Of a stretch of DNA of 64,000 nt, positions 56,873 to 64,000 are shown piece by piece (positions within the stretch are counted from its first letter, which is position 1; every line of letters begins with the position of its first letter). The DNA is from an uncultured Mucilaginibacter sp. (GTDB taxonomy: Bacteria > Bacteroidota > Bacteroidia > Sphingobacteriales > Sphingobacteriaceae): assembly GCA_903866915.1 (NCBI GenBank), contig CAIPPO010000220.1, positions 4,574 to 68,573 on the forward strand, given 5' to 3'. Both the position numbers and the translations under genes were made by a program. The notes under the pieces are model-generated. The model ran no database searches, had not been told where the DNA came from, and worked only from the letters and a program-made list of their open reading frames with translations.

Positions 56873-57649
56873 ATGAAAAGACTATTTTTTGGGGTGCTCA
56901 TGTTATTGAAGGTGTCATCAACCAATGCCCAGGTGCGCGTCGTACTCGATTCCTGGTTCAATAACGAGCACATCAAAGATGCATCCGGTAAGCTGATATC
57001 TTATCACTACAAGTGGGAAGAAACCGGCAACGGCGGCTTCTCGCAGTTTGGCGAGGCCTTTAAGCGTAATGGCGGAACATTAAGTACTTTGTATGAAAAG
57101 CCCACGGCGGAACGACTGGCCAAAGCCGACCTGTATATTATTGTTGATCCCAATTCCAGAAAAGAAACACCCGATCCGAAATTCGTCGAATCAAAGGATA
57201 TCAAAGTAATTACTGAATGGGTTGCTAAGGGTGGGGTATTGCTGCTGATGGCTAACGACAGCGCCAATGTGGAGTTAAAGCATTTTAATGAACTGGCAGC
57301 CAATTTTGGTATACATTTTAATAACGATCTGCTGAACCATGTTAGTGATGACCAGCATTTTAAACAGGGCGCTTTTATCATCATAGACAACCCGGTTATT
57401 CGAACGGCCAGGAAAATTTTTATGAAAGATATCTGCTCGCTCAGCCTTTCGGGACCGGCTTATTCGATATTAAAAGATGGCGACAATGATATTATAGCTG
57501 TGGCACAATATGGCAAGGGTGTTGTAATGGCTGTTGGCGACCCCTGGCTTTATAACGAATATACCAATGGGCGACTGCCTAAAGATTTTCAGAATGATAA
57601 GGCTGCCGATGATGTGGCGAAATGGCTGATTGGGCAGGTAAAGAAATAG
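56873..57649 (+). CDS. Secreted DUF4350 / class I glutamine amidotransferase-like domain protein
   Basis: Signal peptide; LD.WFNNE, YHYKWE, IIVDP, WVAKGGVLLLMAND, VGDPWLYNEY.GRL motifs. Confidence 0.75.
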   Translation: MKRLFFGVLMLLKVSSTNAQVRVVLDSWFNNEHIKDASGKLISYHYKWEETGNGGFSQFGEAFKRNGGTLSTLYEKPTAERLAKADLYIIVDPNSRKETPDPKFVESKDIKVITEWVAKGGVLLLMANDSANVELKHFNELAANFGIHFNNDLLNHVSDDQHFKQGAFIIIDNPVIRTARKIFMKDICSLSLSGPAYSILKDGDNDIIAVAQYGKGVVMAVGDPWLYNEYTNGRLPKDFQNDKAADDVAKWLIGQVKK

Positions 57650-57682
57650 CCGGTTTTTGCACCTCAATATTTAGCAAATTAA

Positions 57683-58846
57683 TTATAGCAATAGCGTATC
57701 TACCCGGTGAGCATGTACGATCTCGTCGCAGGGCGACCAGGAAAATATCGTAAATCGTCCATCTTGCGAAGCCACCAATGCCAATGCATCGCGCTGGTCG
57801 TAAATAAACTGCGCAGCAGCAAAGTGTCTGGTACCCCCATCCTGCCCCGGAGTAATAATTTGCGCGTCGCTGTCAATTACAGGCTCAGTGACCATTATTT
57901 CTTTCACGGTCTCACTTCCGTGCGGGCGTGTAATTTTTGCACCAAATGCCAGTAACTCGCTGCGATCGTTGATGATAGTAGCACCGTCGACAGCGGTTAA
58001 CCCTGCAACATGGTCGATCTGATCATCCAGCTCCTCCCGCCAAAGTGCCATATCCTCCCGTGTAGTCGACTCCAGGATCAAGTTTGCAAGTCCGGCATAT
58101 GGCGGGTCGATCGCATAGGAAATCGGATCGATAATTGATTTCTGCCAATGGCTGTTGCTGGAAGGTACGATAAGCAAAATACCGCCATGACCATGCTCAC
58201 GCATGGAAACAGCCAGTTGCATGTGAAGGTTGACAGGCAGGTCCTTAGAATTTTTCGTCGTGTATCCAAGCAGGGATTCAAGTAATGCAGGGCAGTCGGG
58301 CAGGTTGATGCTTTCCGGATCTATCACCTTTATTTCGTCGCCTTTTAATACGGCTACGTTAACGTACTTACCAAAATCGTCTATGCGCTTATGCTTTACT
58401 ACCAGTAATCCGGGCTCTACCACTTCCAATACAAAGCAAAAACTGGGAATAATGTGCGTTGTGCCCCATATATAACATTCACCATCCTCTTCCCATACGC
58501 CTAAATGAATGCCCGACCTTTCAACGGCCGGAGCAAGTTTAGTCAATACGTCTGCTGTTAACATCAACCGTTGCTGGAATATCAGCGGCAATTCTGATTG
58601 TTGCGGCTGTAAGAATGCAATTGATATTTTTGGCGACCGGCCCTCTTCTTTACGTAAACTGGCCCAGAAAGCGACATCGATAATTGAGGCAATAATTTCT
58701 TTCCGGGGTTTATCGGGCAGCATTGTCAGGCCCTGTAAAGCTGCCGCAGACAATTGATTGGCAAAGTGCTTTTCAATTGCAGCCGAAACTAAACGAGCAC
58801 CTTTGTAAGTAGGTTCAGTGGGTATGGTCCTCAATTCTTTATTCAT
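57683..58846 (-). CDS. DAC (DisA_N)-fold protein with N-terminal putative sensor region (DACNV-type)
   Basis: C-terminal HGHGGILLIV, AVDGATII..LLAFGAKI, GGTRHFAAA, ALVASQDG match the DAC DGA / GTRHRAA / SEETG layout; N-terminal AFWASLRKEEGR. Confidence 0.75.
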   Translation of the reverse strand: MNKELRTIPTEPTYKGARLVSAAIEKHFANQLSAAALQGLTMLPDKPRKEIIASIIDVAFWASLRKEEGRSPKISIAFLQPQQSELPLIFQQRLMLTADVLTKLAPAVERSGIHLGVWEEDGECYIWGTTHIIPSFCFVLEVVEPGLLVVKHKRIDDFGKYVNVAVLKGDEIKVIDPESINLPDCPALLESLLGYTTKNSKDLPVNLHMQLAVSMREHGHGGILLIVPSSNSHWQKSIIDPISYAIDPPYAGLANLILESTTREDMALWREELDDQIDHVAGLTAVDGATIINDRSELLAFGAKITRPHGSETVKEIMVTEPVIDSDAQIITPGQDGGTRHFAAAQFIYDQRDALALVASQDGRFTIFSWSPCDEIVHAHRVDTLLL

Positions 58847-58946
58847 GAGCCTAATTTAGCCCAAATCCGCTAAGCAGAACCCGGCTTAGGTAAATATTAC
58901 TTTGACATGAATCCGGAGGCTTTGCCAAAAAGAGAAACCGGGATTG

Positions 58947-59219
58947 CTACTCAGCAGTTGTCGGGTCGATAACCGCCATCACCTCGCTCACCGAATTTGC
59001 CGGAAAACCGCCCTGGCTGGCATGCTCGCGGACCAGTTCCTCATTTGGTGCAATGTATACACAATAGATCTTATCACCGGTAACGTAGCTTTGTACCCAT
59101 TGGATCTCAGGACCCAGGTTGCGTAAAACACCGCATGAAGTTTGCGATATACCTTTCAATTGTTCGGCAGTTAAGTTACCGGCTCCGGGAATTTCCCGTT
59201 CTATTATATATTTAGGCAT
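58947..59219 (-). CDS. DUF4242 family protein (SCO4226-like, possible metal binding)
   Basis: MPKYIIEREIPGAG, W..SYV..DKIYCVY.AP.EE.VREHA..GGFPANSVSEV signature. Confidence 0.88.
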   Translation of the reverse strand: MPKYIIEREIPGAGNLTAEQLKGISQTSCGVLRNLGPEIQWVQSYVTGDKIYCVYIAPNEELVREHASQGGFPANSVSEVMAVIDPTTAE

Positions 59220-59320
59220 AATTTTTTATTTGAATTTTGAGTTGATCTGTAACAGGAAATAAATTTAAAACTAATCGCCCGAAAAAGCAAAGTTTTGCGG
59301 GTTTAGCGCTGAAAAAATTA

Positions 59321-59340
59321 AAATTGTATTTTATACATTT
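59321..59340. promoter_or_regulatory. Palindromic candidate operator upstream of GH51 (TGTAT-TTT-ATACA)
   Basis: AAATTGTATTTTATACATTT contains a GT-N7-AC core and ends 5 nt before the ATG at 59346. Confidence 0.45.
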
Positions 59341-59345
59341 AACAA

Positions 59346-60887
59346 ATGAAAACTAAACTCCTTTTATTTCTGGCTCTGGCGTTCATCAGTTTGAACACGT
59401 TTGCGCAAAATACAGCAACAGCCGAGATCAGCAGCGACTCGAAACTTACTATCAGCCGTTTTATTTACGGGCAGTTTGCCGAGCACCTGGGGCACGGCAT
59501 ATACGGTGGCTTTTGGGTTGACCCTACTTTGCCGGTTGAAAAGCAGGACAGGATAAGGCTTGACGTGGTTACTGCGCTTAAAAAAATTAAAATACCCGAC
59601 CTGCGCTGGCCCGGCGGTTGTTTTGCCGACGAATACCATTGGCGCGATGGAATTGGTCCGCGTGATCAACGTCCAAAAATGGTAAATACCAATTGGGGTA
59701 ACGTAACCGACGATAACAGCTTTGGCACACACGAGTTTTTGAAACTGTGTGAACTGATCGGTTGTGAACCCTATATCGCCGGCAACGTAGGCAGCGGTAC
59801 CGTAGAAGAAATGGCAAAATGGGTGGAATACCTGAACCTTGATGGGGAAAGTACCATGGCCCGGTTGCGTGCTCAAAATGGTCACCCTGCACCTTACAAG
59901 GTTACCTTCTGGGGTGTGGGCAACGAAAGCTGGGGCTGCGGGGGCGATATGACACCGGAATTTTATGCCGATCAATACAAGCGGTATGCGGTTTATGCGC
60001 GCAACTACCCCGGTGCAAGGCTGAAAAAAATTGCCAGTGGCCCCAATGGCGACGATTATAACTGGACCGAAGTACTGATGAAGAATGCAGGCTGGGATAT
60101 GTGGGGACTTTCGCTGCATTACTATACCGTACCTACAGGCAACTGGGGGCACAAAGGCTCGGCAACCAGTTTTGATGAGAAAGAATATTTTAATACCATG
60201 GTGAGCACGCTAAAAATGGAAGAACTGGTAACCAAACATTCGGCTATTATGGATAAATACGACCCGGATAAAAACGTTGCACTTGTGGTTGACGAATGGG
60301 GTATCTGGACCGATGTAGAGCCGGGCACCAACCCTGGTTTCCTGTATCAGCAAAACAGCTTACGCGATGCTTTGCTGGCTGCCACCAATCTGAATATTTT
60401 CAACAACCATTGCGACCGGGTGAAAATGGCCAACCTGGCGCAAACCATCAATGTATTGCAGTCGCTCATCCTTACCGACAAGGAAAAAATGGTGCTGACA
60501 CCAACCTATCATGTGTTCGACTTGTATAAGGTGCACCAGGATGCTAAATTTTTGCCTGTCAAACTCATTTCGCCTGATTATGTGGTAGATGGTAAAAAGA
60601 TACCGGCCATGAGTGTTACCGCTTCGCAGGATGCTGCGGGCAAGATCCATATCTCATTTGTTAACCTGGACCCGCATCAAAGCATCAATTTTTCAACCGT
60701 ATTGAATGGCCTAGCCTGGAACAAAGTAAGCGGGCAGATCCTGACCTCGGCTAACCTGACCGACATCAACACGTTTCAGCAGCCCGACAAATTGAAACTA
60801 GCCAACTTCAGCGGTGCCAAAAAAGATGGCGATAAACTGGTAGTGGCATTGCCTGCTAAATCGGTAGTTACTTTGGAGCTTTATTGA
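59346..60887 (+). CDS. Alpha-L-arabinofuranosidase, GH51, secreted
   Basis: [41 protein letters not shown] (acid/base), VDEWG (nucleophile), [12 protein letters not shown]. Confidence 0.95.
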   Translation: MKTKLLLFLALAFISLNTFAQNTATAEISSDSKLTISRFIYGQFAEHLGHGIYGGFWVDPTLPVEKQDRIRLDVVTALKKIKIPDLRWPGGCFADEYHWRDGIGPRDQRPKMVNTNWGNVTDDNSFGTHEFLKLCELIGCEPYIAGNVGSGTVEEMAKWVEYLNLDGESTMARLRAQNGHPAPYKVTFWGVGNESWGCGGDMTPEFYADQYKRYAVYARNYPGARLKKIASGPNGDDYNWTEVLMKNAGWDMWGLSLHYYTVPTGNWGHKGSATSFDEKEYFNTMVSTLKMEELVTKHSAIMDKYDPDKNVALVVDEWGIWTDVEPGTNPGFLYQQNSLRDALLAATNLNIFNNHCDRVKMANLAQTINVLQSLILTDKEKMVLTPTYHVFDLYKVHQDAKFLPVKLISPDYVVDGKKIPAMSVTASQDAAGKIHISFVNLDPHQSINFSTVLNGLAWNKVSGQILTSANLTDINTFQQPDKLKLANFSGAKKDGDKLVVALPAKSVVTLELY

Positions 60888-60900
60888 TCGCGGCGGATTA

Positions 60901-60993
60901 TTTTAACCACAGAGGGCACAGGGGGCTTCGCAGAGATCACAGAGAAAAACCGCTGTGCCCTTCCTTTCTTCTCTGTGCCCGCTGTGGTTAAAA
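60901..60993. repeat. Palindromic miniature element with ACCACAGAG-type 21-bp terminal inverted repeats
   Basis: TTTTAACCACAGAGGGCACAG ... CTGTGCCCGCTGTGGTTAAAA (20/21 complementary), with internal CACAGAG / CTGTGCCC sub-repeats. Confidence 0.8.
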
Positions 60994-61177
60994 ATAAACG
61001 ATAAGGCTAAATAAATCTACCGAACGGATTCAGTTGATAAAATAGTTTATCTTAGACAGTCGATGTATTGATAATACAAGAAAGATACTATATAATTGTC
61101 AAACCAACACATATAAACCAGGCAGGATGCAGGCTAAGATGGGAATTTAGCGGTATCAGCAACAATTAAAAACCAAC

Positions 61178-62890
61178 ATGAGCAAATTTCATTTAGTTGA
61201 TTACGTCATATTCGTGATCTATTTTTTTATCGTGGCAGGCTATGGCTATTACATCTACCGCAAAAAGAAAAAGGCCGTTACCGATACGCACGATTTCTTT
61301 TTAGCTGAAGGATCGCTCACCTGGTGGGCCATCGGTGCCTCGCTGATCGCGTCAAATATTTCGGCTGAGCAGTTTATTGGGATGAGCGGAAATGGCTTTA
61401 GCATAGGTATTGCAGTTGCTGCTTACGAATGGATCGCTGCCATTGCTTTGATCATCGTTGCGGTATGGTTTATTCCGGTTTACCTCAAGAATAAAATATT
61501 TACGATGCCTCAGTTCCTCAAAACGAGATACAACGAAACGGTTGCGCTGATTATGGCAATCTTCTGGCTTTTCCTGTACGTATTTGTAAATCTTACCTCA
61601 ATATTATTCCTGGGATCACTGGCCATCAATAACCTGCTTGGAGGAACACCTGTAACATTTGAAATTATTTTGATCGCTTTATCGGTATTTGCTGTTTTCA
61701 TAACACTTGGTGGCATGAAAGTTATTGGCTTTACTGATGTAATCCAGGTAAGCGTTTTGATTATTGGCGGACTTGCAACTACCTATATTGCGCTAACTGT
61801 TGTAAGCAAAGCCTTTGGGTTTGGCGAAAATGCAATTGAAGGATTTAACCAATTGGTAAAAAACGCGCCCGACCATTTTCACATGATCTTTGCCAGGCCG
61901 ACCGCTTCTTCACCACAACATCAGGTTGACAATTACCTGACGATACCCGGTTTGCTTTCCTACGTTGCGGGCATCTGGATCATTAATTTGAACTATTGGG
62001 GCTGCAATCAATATATCACCCAACGGGCTTTAGGCGCTGATTTGAAAACCGCACGAAAGGGAATTCTTTTTGCAGGTTTTCTTAAGTTATTGATGCCGCT
62101 AATTGTAATGTTACCGGGTATTGCAGCCTATGTACTGCATCAAAAAGGAATGTTGCAGGCTGAAATGCTGGTAAATAGCAAGCATGGTGAAGTAGTTTCA
62201 GACAATGCCTATTCTGCAATTTTAGGATATCTGCCGAACGGCTTAATAGGACTTTCGCTGGCAGCGCTGACAGCCGCTATTGTAGCATCGCTGGCAGGAA
62301 AAGCCAATAGTATCTCGACAATATTTACACTTGATGTCTATAAGAAATACATCAAAAAGGATGCAGATGAAAAGAATATGGTTAAGATTGGCCGTATCAC
62401 CATTATTGCCGCATTGATCATTTCCATTGCTTTTACCTGGAACGATACGCTCGGAATAGGGGGTACCGGTGGCTTTACTTTTATTCAAAAATATACCGGG
62501 TTTATAAGCCCTGGAGTATTTGCGATGTTTTTACTGGGTATGTTTTGGAAAAGGACCACTGGTAATGCCGCAGTTGTGGGTGTATTAACAGGCTTCCTGC
62601 TCTCTGTGTTTTTCAATGAATTCGCTCCGAAATGGCTTGGTCACGAAACAATATTGTATACAGCTTATAAAAACGCCGATGGTGTTTATGAGATACCATT
62701 CCACATCTGTATGGGGCTGGCATTTTTCTTTACTATGGCCATCATGATATTGATCAGCCTTGGCGGACCAAAAATCAATCCCAAGGCTTTTGCATTGGAC
62801 AAGAGCATGTTTAAATTACAACCGGGCATCATTGCGATGATTGTTATTACCCTGATGATAATCTCGTTACTGTACGTCAGGTTCTGGTAA
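61178..62890 (+). CDS. Sodium/sugar symporter (SSS family, SglT-like)
   Basis: FFLAEGSLTWWAIGASLIASNISAEQFIGMSG, FTMPQFL..RY, YWGCNQYITQRALGA motifs. Confidence 0.93.
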   Translation: MSKFHLVDYVIFVIYFFIVAGYGYYIYRKKKKAVTDTHDFFLAEGSLTWWAIGASLIASNISAEQFIGMSGNGFSIGIAVAAYEWIAAIALIIVAVWFIPVYLKNKIFTMPQFLKTRYNETVALIMAIFWLFLYVFVNLTSILFLGSLAINNLLGGTPVTFEIILIALSVFAVFITLGGMKVIGFTDVIQVSVLIIGGLATTYIALTVVSKAFGFGENAIEGFNQLVKNAPDHFHMIFARPTASSPQHQVDNYLTIPGLLSYVAGIWIINLNYWGCNQYITQRALGADLKTARKGILFAGFLKLLMPLIVMLPGIAAYVLHQKGMLQAEMLVNSKHGEVVSDNAYSAILGYLPNGLIGLSLAALTAAIVASLAGKANSISTIFTLDVYKKYIKKDADEKNMVKIGRITIIAALIISIAFTWNDTLGIGGTGGFTFIQKYTGFISPGVFAMFLLGMFWKRTTGNAAVVGVLTGFLLSVFFNEFAPKWLGHETILYTAYKNADGVYEIPFHICMGLAFFFTMAIMILISLGGPKINPKAFALDKSMFKLQPGIIAMIVITLMIISLLYVRFW

Positions 62891-62909
62891 ATAGCCGAAT
62901 GAATCAATA

Positions 62910-62947
62910 AAAAGGCGTCCTCGGAGAAATCGAGGGCGCTTTTTTAT
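62910..62947 (+). terminator. Intrinsic terminator after the SSS gene
   Basis: AAAGGCGTCCTCG/CGAGGGCGCTTT stem followed by a T-run. Confidence 0.8.
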
Positions 62948-63153
62948 TTGCGGGCAGGCCTAAATTGTTGCCAGGTTAAAGCCCAGGCATTTAAAAATTG
63001 CCAGGGCTCCGAAACAACTTCGCATTCTGGTGCTGGCAACAATTATAACCGGTCCAATCCCATGCAACTACCTCAAAGCCATTTAATTACACCATCGCCC
63101 GAACGCCACCGGAAACAGCGACACCAAAAAACGCTGTTTCGAACAAAAACATA

Positions 63154-63359
63154 CTGATTATCAACACCTTACCCTGCATCAATTATTGCCGGTCGCCTGA
63201 ACACTTAACCGCTTAATTTTTAGGAATTTAGCGGTTTTGTTCAGGACTACCGTTCATTTTTACTGTTTTTACCCTGCAAGAATCTGATTAACAGCTGTTT
63301 ACAAATTCCGGTCGAGCCTGTGTTTTTGAACACTTAAAGCACTGGTTATCATTCGCTTA
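63154..63359 (+). repeat. Degenerate ~130-bp direct repeat containing IHF-consensus-like sites
   Basis: Two units share CTGATTA.CA...TTA, AATT..CCGGTCG.CCTG and GAACACTTAA (starts 63154 and 63284); TATCAACACCTTA is an exact WATCAANNNNTTR match. Confidence 0.5.
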
Positions 63360-63589
63360 TAAAAAAAGCAGCAAATGACCGTACACATCAAGCCGACTTT
63401 TGAGCGCTAAACGCCTCTCGGACAGGCTGTTTTCGGGTGAGAACAGGTGTTTTACAGGAGTTTTGTTGAACACTGGATGCTGCTGAAAAGTGATAAGTTA
63501 ACTAATACAACCATCCCGGCAGCCATCGGGACTACAACCAACAAAAAACACCCTATATTAGGCTATTAAAATTATAAACTTCTAACACC

Positions 63590-64000
63590 ATGTTCAGTAA
63601 CCTCGAACAAACCTTCCGCTGGTACGGCCCGGCAGATCCGGTTAGCCTGCAAGCTATCGGGCAAACCGGGGCAACGGGAATTGTTACCGCATTGCATCAT
63701 ATCCCGGCAGGTGAGGTTTGGACAGGCGATGAGATCGAAAAGCGGAAAAATATGATTCGTTCGGCAGGTCTCAGGTGGTCTGTTGTGGAAAGCGTCAACG
63801 TGCACGAAAGCATCAAAACTGCTTCCGCCGATCGCGGGCAGTACGCCGAAAAATATATCGACACTTTAAAAAATTTAGCCGCTCACGATATCCGCATCGT
63901 TTGCTACAACTTTATGCCCGTGCTGGATTGGACACGCACCGATATTGATTTCAGGTTAGACAATGGTGCCTCAGCGCTGCGTTTCCATGCCCCTGCATTA
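63590..64000 (+). CDS. uxuA: Mannonate dehydratase, 3' partial
   Basis: Not in the ORF track because it runs off the window. Translates [39 protein letters not shown]...[14 protein letters not shown]...[14 protein letters not shown]. Confidence 0.95.
   Translation, partial: MFSNLEQTFRWYGPADPVSLQAIGQTGATGIVTALHHIPAGEVWTGDEIEKRKNMIRSAGLRWSVVESVNVHESIKTASADRGQYAEKYIDTLKNLAAHDIRIVCYNFMPVLDWTRTDIDFRLDNGASALRFHAPAL

Noticed and set aside
59364-60152. 262-aa ORF antisense to GH51
   Set aside because: Fully inside a well-supported gene on the opposite strand, with no motifs; a typical shadow frame. The same applies to the many other 60-135-aa nested ORFs in the track.
62948-63157. 69-aa ORF after the SSS terminator
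   Set aside because: Starts immediately after a terminator at a non-ATG codon and has no recognisable features.
63196-63245. attC-like hairpin (ACTTAAC ... GTTTTGT)
   Set aside because: About 40 bp between the cores is too short, the right core does not fit GTTRRRY, and there is no integron integrase or cassette array.

Overview
Ordinary-looking chromosomal window from a Bacteroidota genome. TAnnTTTG promoter boxes, no Shine-Dalgarno sites, a T9SS cargo protein and the overall gene content suggest Sphingobacteriaceae, probably Mucilaginibacter-like (inference). It has about 52 CDS and one tRNA-Glu(TTC). I saw no integrase, transposase, CRISPR array or rRNA. Content: scattered carbohydrate enzymes (GH2, GH13, GH25, GH51, GH79-like, an unclassified clan GH-A enzyme, uxuA), transporters (MFS, two SSS, one TonB-dependent receptor), an MsrPQ-like redox pair, an orphan group II PLP decarboxylase, and signalling genes (a sigma-less partner-switching operon, a GAF-PAS-HisKA protein with no ATPase domain, two lone receivers, a DAC-fold protein with an altered RHR motif). 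The largest gene is an 8-kb T9SS-secreted protein with 14 Ig-like repeats, the last split by an NHL propeller. The most interesting unexplained items are: a promoter- and terminator-bounded structured ~175-nt candidate sRNA (23443-23617); a small lipoprotein made only of the domain that precedes the T9SS tail in the giant protein; the DAC-like protein; two families of palindromic repeats; and a cluster of IHF-like sites in a degenerate ~130-bp repeat before uxuA. All family assignments come from motif recognition by eye, not from database searches.
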